A DNA stretch of 45,709 bases from Acutalibacteraceae bacterium (GTDB lineage: Bacteria > Bacillota > Clostridia > Oscillospirales > Acutalibacteraceae): the NCBI GenBank assembly GCA_045604625.1, contig JAZUOJ010000119.1:1-45709 (forward strand). Direction: 5' to 3'. Below the pieces are notes generated by a model, which was not told where the DNA came from, searched no databases, and saw only the letters and a list, made by a program, of their open reading frames with translations. The translations under genes and the position numbers were made by a program. Shown here piece after piece: positions 25,616-35,505 of this stretch; the first letter of the stretch is position 1, and the number at the start of each line of letters is the position of its first letter.

Positions 25616-28600
25616 CTAAAAACTGTTGCCACATACTGTCGGCGTCGATTTTCGGCACCTTTCTGTGGGGCTTGTCCTCTATGCCGCAAATTGCACTGTA
25701 GTCACAGTATTTGCAGGCCTCCTTATCCAAGCCGTCGGTAGGATTAACGGGAATTTTTCCGTTTCGCAGACTAACGTTCATATCGCGAAGCAGACCTTCC
25801 ATATGTGAGAAAATGAGGTCAAAATGCTCCTCTTTTATAAAATCGTTGCTTTTATAAAAACTGCCGTCCTTCTTTTTGCGAAGTTTTGGCACAAAGCGTC
25901 CCTCGTTTTGTGCATCCATCGCACAGTGAACCACCTCATCCTCAAGCATTATGCCGTTCATACGGAAGTTGCTGTCGGAATCGGGCGCTTTGCGGGTTTC
26001 AAGATACAGAACACCCGCAGGCTTAAAGTCGGAAAATTCACTACTCTTCAGCACCGCGTAAAGATACAAAAGCATCTGCATATTAAGTCCGTAAAGTACG
26101 TCGGGCAGACGGAATTTTCGCGTGCCTGTTTTATAGTCGACAACGCGAATATATGCGCCAAAGCTGTCCACACGGTCGATAGCACCGCGCAGTTTTATAC
26201 TTCCCCCGTCGGTCTTTATTACTGCACCGTCTATATCGGCATCGTGACCGCTGATTTTAAGTTCGCACTTAACGGGTTTGAATCCGTTTTGGCGGAAATC
26301 ATCTCTAATGTGCTTTATAACGTCGGCAGTAAGCGATTTTATGACCGAAACGATATAAATAAAGCGGTTATCGCTTATATGCTCTACGCCTTTAATGTTT
26401 GCCAAAAACTCGTCTACCGTTTTATCTACGGCATCACCGATTTCGCCGTCTGTCATATTAACCAGATCTTCGCCCGATGCTGCTACAATTTTTTCGAGCG
26501 CATCGTGCACAATGGTGCCTCGGTGCAGACTATCGATTTCGGCGGGTTTAAGCACGCTGGCACCCAAGCCGTAACGGCAAAAATACGAAAATGCACACCT
26601 GAAATAGGTATCTATTCCCGTTGCCGAAAGATACATATCGTCGCCGAAAATGCGCCTTCCGGTTTGCGGAGATAACGAAATATTATCAAGAGAGTGGCTG
26701 TTTTCTATAGTAGAAATTCGTCTGTCATAGGGGGAAACGTTTTTAAAATAATCGTATAATCCCGAACGCAGAGCGCCGTCCCTTTCGCCCACCATAGCCG
26801 AAAAAGCGGTGGCGGCTGTTTCTATAAGGTCGGCAGGAGAAAAAGAATTAAAATCGATTCTCCTGCAGCGCGGCAGTATTTTTTTAACGGTATCTATAAC
26901 TGCGGACGGTTGGTTTTCACCGCCGCTTGAATAGCAAAAATACACTCTATCCCTCGCACAAGTGGCAGAGGTATAAAGCAGATATTCTTCGTCGATAGAA
27001 AAACCTAAAGTATAGTCGGCAATAGGCATACCGGCACGTAAAAGTGCAATACGCTCGCTTCCCGCGATAATACCGCTTGACGCGGCAGTCGACGGGAATA
27101 CGCCGCCATTTATTCCAAGCAGGAAACAAACCTTTGGTTCACGCGGTTTGATACGGTCAGCGGCACCGAAGGTGACTTCGTCTAGCATTTGCGGAATAGT
27201 ACCTACCGACGTTCCGCCAAGCGCGATGGCAAAGTATTCGCAAAAATCGTTCGCAGACGTGCTGTCGTCAAGGGTATTATAAAGGCTATCCAAAATATCA
27301 ATAACAGCCGAATAGCCCAATTTTACAAGCTCTGCTTCGTCATTTTCGAGCTGTTTGCAAAGAAGCGGCAACCTTTCTGAAACGCAAAGCGATTCCATAA
27401 GCCTCCAAACCGCCTCAGCCATCTGTTTAGCACCGCCGCAGAAAGCCTTTTTAAAGCTAATAAGCGGAGTTATAGCGCGCACGCGCAGCTCGTTGAGAAG
27501 TAGGAGTTGCTGCTTGTCCGCATCGTCAAATTTATCGAGTCCGGACGGACTCATATCCCATTCTTCGTACCACTTTTTGCCGTTTATTTTCCAAATATAC
27601 ACATAGTTTTCAAGCATACCGATTTCATCGGTATCAAGCCCTGCAAGCTCGGTCTTTAAATACTTAAATATTTTTTCGGAAGCAAAGCCGTTTACTGCCT
27701 GCATTGCACTGTGCAACAACACCGACAAAGGAAGATACGAAATTGAATAGCGTTTATCGGTAAAACAGGGCACCTCATATCTGCGGCACATATGCTCAAC
27801 CGCAGCGCGGTACTGCTCGTCGTGGCGCGACATTATTACAAAATCGCGGTAACGATAGCCCTCCTCACGTACGAGGCGGCGAATTTCGCGTGCCGCAAAC
27901 TCGGCCTCGCCGTACATACCGTCTGCCGCACAGATGGTAACCTTGTCGGTCTCGCCGTCATAAACCGTTTCATTTTCTACCGAAAGTCCGCGTTCAAGCA
28001 CCGACAGTTCGGGATAGGTATAATAACCGTTGGTAAGCACGTCGGGTTCGGCTACAGAAACGCCGTGCTTTTTAGCAATCTCGGTTAGCCTTTTGACCGT
28101 GTCATCCACGTTTTTAAACAGCTCGGTCTCGTCGGACAGTTTACTGTCATAGCAAAAGCTGAAAACTACGTCGTCGGCCTGTGCAATTACGCGCTCAAGA
28201 ATTTTAAGCTGCGCGCCCGTAAAATTTTTAAAGGAATCTATATATACCGTCTTTTCGGCAAAATAAGCATACTCTCCGAGTTGGCGGTCAAGATGCGCAA
28301 GATCGTCACACGGGTCTAGATACTTGTTGCCTAAAAGTCCTTCGAAGGTGTCCATTACGAGGGCTACGTCTTTAAGCTTTACAGCCAGTCCGCCACCCAT
28401 TTTTTCGGCAAACGCGCGCACCTCTTCCCCATTTATTCCGGAACGCTTAAATTCGTCCATAGTGGAAAGCAGACTTTCTATAAAACGAGTGTTACCTGCA
28501 TATCTGCCGAAAAAGCTTAAACGGTCGCAAACCGAGGAAACGGCGCGGCTCATAAACACCAGTCTGTCGCAGTCGGAAAGGCGGCGGGCAGAAACACCAC

Positions 28601-28853
28601 CGCAAGCACGGCTAACCTCGTCACAAAGCCTTGTAAAGCTTAAAACCGGCACGCTTGTAAAGCCGCCGTCACCCAAAATGTGAAGCAGCTTACGTTCGCA
28701 GTCAAAGGTTGACTGCTCGGGAACTATGAGCACGGCACTGCGGCCGTTTTCGGTATCCTTTTTAATTTGCCGAAAAACGGTTTCGGTCTTGCCGCACATA
28801 CTGCGGCCAAAGATAAACTTGAGCACCTTTTCACCTTCTTTTCCATTAAACAC
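25596..28853 (-). CDS. addB: helicase-exonuclease subunit B (AddB)
   Basis: N-terminal ..FIFGRSMCGKT.. P-loop and a C-terminal PD-(D/E)xK nuclease (..VVDYKTG..) with the Fe-S cysteines (..C...CKYCDYSAIC..). An alternative GTG start at 28826 has a better SD (AAGGTGA). Confidence 0.9.
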   Translation of the reverse strand: MFNGKEGEKVLKFIFGRSMCGKTETVFRQIKKDTENGRSAVLIVPEQSTFDCERKLLHILGDGGFTSVPVLSFTRLCDEVSRACGGVSARRLSDCDRLVFMSRAVSSVCDRLSFFGRYAGNTRFIESLLSTMDEFKRSGINGEEVRAFAEKMGGGLAVKLKDVALVMDTFEGLLGNKYLDPCDDLAHLDRQLGEYAYFAEKTVYIDSFKNFTGAQLKILERVIAQADDVVFSFCYDSKLSDETELFKNVDDTVKRLTEIAKKHGVSVAEPDVLTNGYYTYPELSVLERGLSVENETVYDGETDKVTICAADGMYGEAEFAAREIRRLVREEGYRYRDFVIMSRHDEQYRAAVEHMCRRYEVPCFTDKRYSISYLPLSVLLHSAMQAVNGFASEKIFKYLKTELAGLDTDEIGMLENYVYIWKINGKKWYEEWDMSPSGLDKFDDADKQQLLLLNELRVRAITPLISFKKAFCGGAKQMAEAVWRLMESLCVSERLPLLCKQLENDEAELVKLGYSAVIDILDSLYNTLDDSTSANDFCEYFAIALGGTSVGTIPQMLDEVTFGAADRIKPREPKVCFLLGINGGVFPSTAASSGIIAGSERIALLRAGMPIADYTLGFSIDEEYLLYTSATCARDRVYFCYSSGGENQPSAVIDTVKKILPRCRRIDFNSFSPADLIETAATAFSAMVGERDGALRSGLYDYFKNVSPYDRRISTIENSHSLDNISLSPQTGRRIFGDDMYLSATGIDTYFRCAFSYFCRYGLGASVLKPAEIDSLHRGTIVHDALEKIVAASGEDLVNMTDGEIGDAVDKTVDEFLANIKGVEHISDNRFIYIVSVIKSLTADVIKHIRDDFRQNGFKPVKCELKISGHDADIDGAVIKTDGGSIKLRGAIDRVDSFGAYIRVVDYKTGTRKFRLPDVLYGLNMQMLLYLYAVLKSSEFSDFKPAGVLYLETRKAPDSDSNFRMNGIMLEDEVVHCAMDAQNEGRFVPKLRKKKDGSFYKSNDFIKEEHFDLIFSHMEGLLRDMNVSLRNGKIPVNPTDGLDKEACKYCDYSAICGIEDKPHRKVPKIDADSMWQQFLGGDDNV

Positions 28854-28886
28854 ATTTTAACACATATATAGTACCAAAAAAAGGAC

Positions 28887-29162
28887 TTAAATGCAAAAAA
28901 TTATTTTTATTAGCAAAAGTACAGCCGTTCCCGGTAGTCCGCCTGCCGCCGAAACACCGACCGTATAGGGATTTATAGGAATGCTTACGCCGGTATAGCG
29001 CGTTGTTAAATTTATTATTAGAAGAGATAATATGCCTGAAAGCGTAAAAAGAAAAATTGTTTTTATGGGTTTTTCGCAACACATTATAAGTATTATGTAA
29101 ACCAAAAAATAAATAATTACCGCTACAGTCAGCACTGTATATAAGGTTTCCAAGTCCTTCAC
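28887..29162 (-). CDS. bofA: pro-sigmaK processing inhibitor BofA
   Basis: 91-aa membrane protein with the BofA C-terminal signature (..G..IPINP.T......GLPG...L..IK..). The start codon is GTG. A CATACACT box (29242-29235), resembling a sigmaE -10 element, lies 73 nt upstream. Confidence 0.75.
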   Translation of the reverse strand: MKDLETLYTVLTVAVIIYFLVYIILIMCCEKPIKTIFLFTLSGILSLLIINLTTRYTGVSIPINPYTVGVSAAGGLPGTAVLLLIKIIFCI

Positions 29163-29253
29163 CTGCCAATAATAGTTAAATGGTCATAGTCAAATTCTTG
29201 ATTTGATGTTTCCAACTTCGATAACCATTATTAAAGTGTATGAGACAAGGTAT

Positions 29254-29289
29254 AAAAAAAGACCGATACACGAAAAACGTGCATCGGTC
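29254..29289 (-). terminator. rho-independent terminator after secG
   Basis: On the minus strand: GACCGATGCACG-tttt-CGTGTATCGGTC (one G:U pair), followed by T7. Confidence 0.75.
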
Positions 29290-29299
29290 GGTTTTATAA

Positions 29300-29548
29300 T
29301 TATTTATTAAGCGAAATAACGTTCGCCAAAAGGATAAGTACAAAGAAGATAATAGCAATGTACTTGGTAAAGCGGGCAAGCTTTGCTTCAACTGTTCTTG
29401 CCTTGTTCTTTGAAAGGAATGTTTCTGCGCCTCCGGCAATAGCACCGTTAACACCGGCACGACGTCCCTCCTGCAGAACAACTACGAAAATAATTATAAC
29501 CGAAAGGATAAGCACAAGTGCGCCTACGATTACTTCAAAAACGCCCAT
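29300..29548 (-). CDS. secG: preprotein translocase subunit SecG
   Basis: 82-aa two-TM protein with the ..LQ.G...G..GA..GG.. loop. The ATG at 29548 follows GGAGG; the track ORF extends to 29614. Confidence 0.8.
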   Translation of the reverse strand: MGVFEVIVGALVLILSVIIIFVVVLQEGRRAGVNGAIAGGAETFLSKNKARTVEAKLARFTKYIAIIFFVLILLANVISLNK

Positions 29549-29619
29549 TATTAAAAACCTCCGTCTATTTCTTAAAGCACAAATGATAATAACACATATT
29601 ATACCAAATTGCAAGTATT

Positions 29620-29982
29620 TTATTTTTCACAGCAGCAAGCACGATAAAGCTTGTCCGAGTCGAGAAGCTTTTTTTCGCTGTCGAGTATAAAATCGAGTGT
29701 CTTCAACAGCTTTTCGCTAACGCTGTCGGCATAATGAACCTCAAGCGCACCGCGACTTAAAACAACGTGTATAGTACTTCTTATCATACCGTCTGCAAGC
29801 AGTATATCCTCCTCGGGCACGATATACTGTATTTCCGCAGTTTTGCCGTCTACCGAAAATATGGTGTAAGCAATAATTTCTTCACCGTCGGTAGCAGCAA
29901 GTAGGTTTTTACCCTCTGCACCGTGACGGTTTAGGTATTCGCTGCTTTTTTTCGCATCGGTTATTACCTTAATTTCAATCAT
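29620..29982 (-). CDS. hypothetical 120-aa protein ending in CCC
   Basis: The ORF start overlaps the reconstructed rluB stop by 8 nt. No family was recognised. The C-terminus is ..LYRACCCEK. Confidence 0.45.
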   Translation of the reverse strand: MIEIKVITDAKKSSEYLNRHGAEGKNLLAATDGEEIIAYTIFSVDGKTAEIQYIVPEEDILLADGMIRSTIHVVLSRGALEVHYADSVSEKLLKTLDFILDSEKKLLDSDKLYRACCCEK

Positions 29983-30720
29983 TCATACCACCGCTTTCTT
30001 TAGAAACGTTAGTAAGATGACGCATTTCCTTTTCGTTTAAGGGGCGCCATTTTCCCTGCGGCAGCATTCCAAGCTTTACACCCGCTATTTCGGTTCTTTT
30101 AAGGCGCAGTACCTCCAGTCCCACAACCTCACACATACGGCGAATTTGTCTGTTTCTGCCCTATGTATTACAAAAATAAGCACGGTGCGGTCAGGCTTGC
30201 GGTCAATAACGTGTACGTCGCACGGAAGCGTCTTCTTGCCATCGAGCACGATACCGGTTGCCAAACGGGTAACGGTTTCTTCGTTAACCTCGCCCGCTAC
30301 GGTAACGCGGTAGGTTTTATTGACGTGGCTGGACGGATGGGTTAGTTTATTAGAAAACTCACCATCATTTGTCATTATAAGCAGACCTTCCGAATTGCGG
30401 TCAAGTCTGCCCACTGGGAAAACCCTGACGCCGACGTCCTCAACAAGCTGAGCTACGCATTTGCGGTCCTTTTCGTCATTTAGGGTTGTTACAAAACCGC
30501 GCGGTTTATGAAGCATTATGTAAACCTTTTCTTTGGTGCCGACAACGCGTTTTCCGCCTACCGTAACCTTGTCACGTACGGGGTCCACCTTGTCGCCCAG
30601 TCCCGCTATTCTGCCGTTTACGCGCACTCTGCCATCGGCTATCATTTCCTCTGCCTTTCTGCGGGATGCAACACCGCAGGAGGACAGAAATTTTTGTAAT
30701 CTAACTTTATTATCCTTCAT
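29975..30720 (-). pseudogene. rluB: RluB/RsuA-family pseudouridine synthase interrupted by a 1-nt frameshift
   Basis: Frame A (30720-30163) encodes the S4 domain and the catalytic ..VGRLDRNSEGLL.. up to ..VLIFVIH. The conserved continuation [38 protein letters not shown]...E is encoded in another frame from 30160 to the stop at 29977-29975. One base is missing between CAT (30165-30163) and GGC (30160-30158). Confidence 0.85.
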
Positions 30721-30721
30721 T

Positions 30722-31840
30722 TTATATCATCGCCTTAAGAAGCATTTTAAATTTATTTAGTATCTGATACACGGTTTCCTCCTCGGTCACGCAGGGCGCC
30801 GACTCTGCCGCTATAATATCCGATACTGCAACTGTTTTTTGGTTTAATGTATATTCTACCCTGCCCACCGTATCGCCCTTTTTCACACCGGCGTATACAA
30901 AACGCGGCAGGTAAATTGTCTTTTTAAGATTTTGCCGTTCTTCCCTTGTAAGCGACAGCGTAACACTTTCTGTTAATGCGCCTATGCTTTCTTTTTCGCT
31001 TCCTACAACACTCACTTCCGGCAAATCGGTAGCAAGGGTTTGCTCTAAAAGCACCGAAAAACCGTAATCAAGCATATTGCGGTGGTCAGACCAATCATTT
31101 GGAGCGCTAAGCGTCACGGCTATCAGATATGCGCTGCCGCGTTCAGCCGCCGTAACAAGACAGCGCCCCGACTTTTTTGTATAGCCGGTCTTAACACCTA
31201 TCAGCCCATCATAAGAATTTAGCAGCTTATTATGATTTTTCAGCGTGCGGTTATATGGCGGATTACCATAGCAAAGCGTGGCATACATACTGCTGCAGGC
31301 GGCGCGAAAATCGGGATTTTTTAGCGCCTCACGCGCAAGCAGCGCCATATCCTCCGCGGTAGAATAATGCTCTGCCGAATCGAGCCCGGACGGTGTTACA
31401 AAATTTGTATTTTTAAGTCCTATAGACTGTGCCCTTTTGTTCATAAGCGAAACAAAATTTCCCACACTTCCGCCCAGCGCTATCGCCGTTGTGTTTGCGG
31501 CATCGTTACCCGATGCCAACATCATTCCGTACAAGAGGTCACGGTATGATACGGTGTCACCCGGGAGAAGTCCCATAGACGAGCCCTCAACCGTTACCAT
31601 CTGCTTTGTCGTAACCAGCGTTCTGTCAAGCTCACCGCTTTCGCAAAGCAACAGTGCCGTCATAATTTTGGTGGTGCTTGCCATAGAAAGTCGCGTATCG
31701 CCGTTTTGCTGCCACAAAATTTCTCCTGTTGTGCCGTTCATAAGCACGGCGCCCTTTGCCGACACCGAAAGCGCACGGCACGGTGTGCTTAAAACAAACG
31801 AAAGCCCTAAACAGAGCAATACGGAAAATATCTTTTTCAT
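30722..31840 (-). CDS. dacB: D-alanyl-D-alanine carboxypeptidase (PBP5-type serine peptidase)
   Basis: Signal peptide plus the SxxK (..SMASTTKIM..), SxN (..LASGNDAA..) and KTG (..VKTGYT..) motifs. The symbol is assigned from the scpA-scpB...dacB...rluB synteny seen in Bacillus. Confidence 0.85.
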   Translation of the reverse strand: MKKIFSVLLCLGLSFVLSTPCRALSVSAKGAVLMNGTTGEILWQQNGDTRLSMASTTKIMTALLLCESGELDRTLVTTKQMVTVEGSSMGLLPGDTVSYRDLLYGMMLASGNDAANTTAIALGGSVGNFVSLMNKRAQSIGLKNTNFVTPSGLDSAEHYSTAEDMALLAREALKNPDFRAACSSMYATLCYGNPPYNRTLKNHNKLLNSYDGLIGVKTGYTKKSGRCLVTAAERGSAYLIAVTLSAPNDWSDHRNMLDYGFSVLLEQTLATDLPEVSVVGSEKESIGALTESVTLSLTREERQNLKKTIYLPRFVYAGVKKGDTVGRVEYTLNQKTVAVSDIIAAESAPCVTEEETVYQILNKFKMLLKAMI

Positions 31841-31881
31841 ATAATCACCATTTAATAGATATTTTCCGCAGCATTTTTATA

Positions 31882-32268
31882 TTACAAATCGGCTATTTCG
31901 GGAGTCTTTTTATCGTCTATAAGCGATTTAATTTTATCAATAAGTTCGGGAAGAGACTGCAGCGCACGGTCAAGTGCGGTAATCTCGTTATTTATCGGTA
32001 TAAACTTTGTGTTACCTCCAAAAACCGAAATAACACCCAACGGAATAATGGTTACTCCGGCACCGCCGCCACCTCCGAAAACCTCTTTTTCGGTCTTAAC
32101 GGGCAGGTCCGAGCCGCCGGTTGCCAAACCGAACGACACCTTTGAAACCGGAATAATGGTGCCGCCGTCAACCGAAACGGGGGTACCGAGAACGGTATCT
32201 GTATCAATCATCGTGCGAAGTTTTTCGGTCGTTACGTCAATTATTGACTTTATGTTGTTTTCGCTCAT
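31882..32268 (-). CDS. ytfJ: sporulation protein YtfJ (GerW family)
   Basis: ..GTPV...GGTIIPVSKVSFG.A.GGSD... and the GGGGGAGV..IP.. motif match YtfJ. GGAGG lies 9 nt upstream of the ATG. Confidence 0.85.
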   Translation of the reverse strand: MSENNIKSIIDVTTEKLRTMIDTDTVLGTPVSVDGGTIIPVSKVSFGLATGGSDLPVKTEKEVFGGGGGAGVTIIPLGVISVFGGNTKFIPINNEITALDRALQSLPELIDKIKSLIDDKKTPEIADL

Positions 32269-32857
32269 TTTGAGTGTCCTCCGTCATATTTTTATAAACC
32301 AAGAAAAGTTTTACTGCAGCTATAAGAAGTATTATAACCCGCATTTTTAGTTTTAAATTAAATTTTGCCGACGATTTTGTTTCGCCGAAAGCCGAAGTAA
32401 TATCAACCTTTTTTACCGTCATATCCATAAAACTCGACAGCAGCGAAACGGTGGGATAAACCGCCGAACAAACGCGGCCGTAATCGATAGCGGTTTTGGC
32501 AGCGTCGAACGAGGCTATGCGAATATCGAGCATAAATTTGCGCACGCGCATATGCTTTAATAAATTGCCGAGTATAGGCAAAATATCCTTTACCGTATCC
32601 GAAATAAGGGTAACATTATCGGTAAGGGAGTTCGATTTAACCTTTGATACCAACCGGTTCTGCGGTTTCTCGGTTTTCTCCCCTTTAGGCTGCTTTTCTT
32701 TTTTCTCTTTCCCCTCTTTTGTGAGCGAAAATTTTAACCCTAAAAACCCTATATAGGCAGAAAAGGTTTCATCATAGCCCACGGAAAGGGTCAAAAAGCT
32801 GAGCAGCACAGCCGCCAACAAGGCCAAAACGGATAAAACTATGATAAGTACCGTCAT
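32237..32857 (-). CDS. ytfI: YtfI-like sporulation protein (DUF2953)
   Basis: N-terminal TM helix, a Lys/Glu-rich linker and a DUF2953-like C-terminal part. It sits immediately upstream of ytfJ and overlaps it, as in the Bacillus ytfI-ytfJ pair. Confidence 0.6.
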   Translation of the reverse strand: MTVLIIVLSVLALLAAVLLSFLTLSVGYDETFSAYIGFLGLKFSLTKEGKEKKEKQPKGEKTEKPQNRLVSKVKSNSLTDNVTLISDTVKDILPILGNLLKHMRVRKFMLDIRIASFDAAKTAIDYGRVCSAVYPTVSLLSSFMDMTVKKVDITSAFGETKSSAKFNLKLKMRVIILLIAAVKLFLVYKNMTEDTQNERKQHKVNN

Positions 32858-33450
32858 ATCTGCTGCTCGTCCTCGACATGCGCTTCGGCAAGTCCGGAAA
32901 CCATAAGTTGTTCACCCAAATCAGGTACCGACGCATTTTCGTTTTTAGGTAGCGGCGGCAACTGTGAGAGCGATGAAATTGAGAAGCAGCGTAAAAAGTT
33001 TTTGGTAGTACCGTAAAGCAAAGGTCTGCCCGGCAGCTCAAGCCTGCCGCATTCTTCAATTAAATCCTTTTCTATCAAGGTTCCTACAACACCCGAGCAG
33101 TCAACACCACGTACCTGCTCGATAAACGCCTTGGTTACCGGCTGGTTATATGCAATTACCGACAAAACCTCAAGCGCTGCCTGCGAGAGCGGTGTGCGGC
33201 GGCGTAGATCAAAGGCGGTTTTTATATAATCCTCGTATTCTTCGCGTGTTACAAGCTGATAGGAATTATCTAAATTAAGCAGCTTAATACCGCTTTGGCG
33301 GTCATCAAGCTCGGCAGAGAGCGATTCGCAAAGCTCTCCGAGTTCCTCGGGTTCTATATCAAGCACCTTTACAAGACGGGCGGCACTTATCGGCTCGCCT
33401 CCCGCAAAGAGCACCGCTTCAAGCGCGGAAAGTAATTTTTTATTTGCCAT
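32854..33450 (-). CDS. scpB: segregation and condensation protein B
   Basis: ..LEAVLFAGGEPIS...L.., ..QAALEVLSVIAYNQPVTKA.IE..RGV.. winged-helix repeats. Confidence 0.9.
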   Translation of the reverse strand: MANKKLLSALEAVLFAGGEPISAARLVKVLDIEPEELGELCESLSAELDDRQSGIKLLNLDNSYQLVTREEYEDYIKTAFDLRRRTPLSQAALEVLSVIAYNQPVTKAFIEQVRGVDCSGVVGTLIEKDLIEECGRLELPGRPLLYGTTKNFLRCFSISSLSQLPPLPKNENASVPDLGEQLMVSGLAEAHVEDEQQI

Positions 33451-34159
33451 TTTTAGCTCTCCTTAATACTATTTCGGCATCCTTTTTGTCTGTATCAACC
33501 GCTATACGGTTAGCCTTGCAAAGCTCAAGCACGGCCAGAAAAGTAGCAACCAGCTCGGAACGGCTTTTTGCGCCCGAGAAAAGTGACGACATAGTTTGCT
33601 TTCCGCCACCCACCAAACGGCGCATAACGAATACGATTTTTGTTGAAACCGCAACGATTTTCTTTGCAACGATTTTGGTAAATGCGGTTGTCGGGGGCGG
33701 CAGTTTCCTCATTCCCCTGCCCGCAGCCGACATATATGCTGAATATAGGATATCGCTGTCGTGCACAATTTCATAGGTGCTGTCAAACTCTATCTGCGAC
33801 GGGGCACGAACGTGCGTTGCGAAGCCGCCGGTCATTTGCGACAGCTTTGCCGCCATTTCACGGCATATCTGATATTCGATAAGCTCGCCTGTTAGTTCTT
33901 GCTTTAACGCCTCGGCCTCCTCATGATGCGGAAGCAGACTAACGGTTTTCATATAGATAAGGCGGGACGCCATCTCCAAAAACTCACTTGCTATATCCAT
34001 ATCAGCCTCGCGCATAGCATCTATTTGCTGCATATACTGGTCAAGAAGCTCCGATACCGGAATATCGTAAATATTAAGTTTATTTCGCGAAATAAGCTGA
34101 AGCAATAAATCAAGCGGACCTTCAAAGCAGTCCAGCTTATAAGAAAGTACGGTTTCCAT
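33440..34159 (-). CDS. scpA: segregation and condensation protein A
   Basis: ..L..FEGPLDLLLQLI....L.IYDIP... N-terminus typical of ScpA (kleisin). It overlaps scpB by 11 nt. Confidence 0.9.
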   Translation of the reverse strand: METVLSYKLDCFEGPLDLLLQLISRNKLNIYDIPVSELLDQYMQQIDAMREADMDIASEFLEMASRLIYMKTVSLLPHHEEAEALKQELTGELIEYQICREMAAKLSQMTGGFATHVRAPSQIEFDSTYEIVHDSDILYSAYMSAAGRGMRKLPPPTTAFTKIVAKKIVAVSTKIVFVMRRLVGGGKQTMSSLFSGAKSRSELVATFLAVLELCKANRIAVDTDKKDAEIVLRRAKNGK

Positions 34160-34168
34160 ATTTCCTCA

Positions 34169-34849
34169 CTAAAAAAAGATTTTATAAGAAAGCGAAAGCA
34201 AAACGTTCATATAGTTTCCTGCTATCGCAGAGAGCACCGTGCCGACATTAAGCACATAGAAGAGCGCCACAAAGATTAAAAACGAATATCTTTCAAGGCG
34301 CATTATAGCGTAGTAATATTTATTCGGCAGGACAGCCGACAGTATTCTTGAGCCGTCAAGAGGTGCTATCGGTATTAAATTAAACAGTCCGATATAGATA
34401 TTAAACACTATGAGATAGTAAAGAAGATTAAAAACAATGTTGGGTATTGCGCTGTCGGTTCCCGAGGACCAAACAAGTACGGGAGCCAAAAAAATTCCTA
34501 TTATGGTGGCAACAATAAAGTTTGAAAGCGGTCCCGCTATGGCGGTAATTGCCATATCACGTTTAGGATTTTTAAAGTTATACATATTTACCTGAACAGG
34601 TTTTGCCCATCCAAAGCCGAACAGTATAATCATAAGAGCACCCATATAGTCGATATGCGCCATAGGGTTAAGCGTCATTCTGCCCTGCCACTTTGGCGTG
34701 TTATCGCCAAGTTTTACGGCGGCAAAACCGTGAGCCAGCTCGTGCAAGGGTGATACCAAAAAAATGAGTATCAGGCTGGCCAAAAGCGAAGACATAACGG
34801 TGTAGAGAGAAAAATCTCCGCTGAGTATATCTATAAGCAAACATACCAC
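34169..34849 (-). CDS. site-2 protease family (M50) membrane metalloprotease
   Basis: HELAHG zinc motif in the first TM region and ..NL.P..PLDG.. in a later TM region. 226 aa. Confidence 0.8.
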   Translation of the reverse strand: MVCLLIDILSGDFSLYTVMSSLLASLILIFLVSPLHELAHGFAAVKLGDNTPKWQGRMTLNPMAHIDYMGALMIILFGFGWAKPVQVNMYNFKNPKRDMAITAIAGPLSNFIVATIIGIFLAPVLVWSSGTDSAIPNIVFNLLYYLIVFNIYIGLFNLIPIAPLDGSRILSAVLPNKYYYAIMRLERYSFLIFVALFYVLNVGTVLSAIAGNYMNVLLSLSYKIFF

Positions 34850-34929
34850 TCCAATCTATACTGATTCATTATACACTAAAATAATTATTTTTACAAGTCG
34901 TTAGTAACATATAAGTTTTAACAAAATGT

Positions 34930-34957
34930 AAAAAAAGGAGGCGTACGCCTCCTTTTT
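34930..34957 (-). terminator. rho-independent terminator ending the dnaG-rpoD array
   Basis: AAAAAAA-GGAGGCG-ta-CGCCTCC-TTTTT palindrome, 8 nt after the stop at 34965. Confidence 0.8.
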
Positions 34958-34964
34958 ATTATGG

Positions 34965-35486
34965 TCAGTTACTGATTTTTTTAACGGTACGTTCTATTAC
35001 AGAGTAGAACCAGCAATATAGCGTTTCGCCCAACTCCTGATAGATGGGGTCGCCGTCGTGCGAGCAGAGCATTGCAAATGTCTGGCCTATGCGGCGCACA
35101 ACCTCTGTTCCGCGACGGTATGCAAGAAAATAAAACGAAAAGGCACCCGTATCCGAAGTGTAGGAATAAAGTTCGGGCGCATCGTGACGCAGAGTGTCAA
35201 GAAAGGTCTTTTGGGCTATGCCCGAAACGGTGTCGTTTTCGCAGAACGATTCAAGCCCCACCGTAACAGTGAAACTGAGCAGCAGCAGTCGCTGCATCAT
35301 CATATAATTATCGTCGTCCTCGGTTTCGGCAAATGCCGAGCTTCCCGCCTTTATAAACTCGTGCGCAACCGCTTTTCCGAGCTTTTTGCCCAGCGCGGAA
35401 TCAATAGATATCTTTTCTATATCCGTTTCCTTTCTTTCGGCGTTGCGCTTGACAGACTCAGACGGTTTGTCGCCGACGATTTTCAT
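34965..35486 (-). CDS. hypothetical protein (173 aa)
   Basis: The ATG at 35486 (MKIVGDKPSE..) avoids overlap with the upstream gene; the track start is 35549. No family was recognised. Confidence 0.45.
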   Translation of the reverse strand: MKIVGDKPSESVKRNAERKETDIEKISIDSALGKKLGKAVAHEFIKAGSSAFAETEDDDNYMMMQRLLLLSFTVTVGLESFCENDTVSGIAQKTFLDTLRHDAPELYSYTSDTGAFSFYFLAYRRGTEVVRRIGQTFAMLCSHDGDPIYQELGETLYCWFYSVIERTVKKISN

Positions 35487-35505
35487 GTCCTTATCTTCGA
35501 ACAAG

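Noticed and set aside
25824-26675. 283-aa plus-strand ORF inside addB
   Set aside because: It is antisense to a full-length AddB with intact nuclease and Fe-S motifs. It has no RBS and no recognisable protein features.
28846-29169. 107-aa ORF overlapping bofA in another frame
   Set aside because: The overlapping 91-aa frame carries the BofA signature (IPINP...GLPG), while the 107-aa frame has no membrane or known features.
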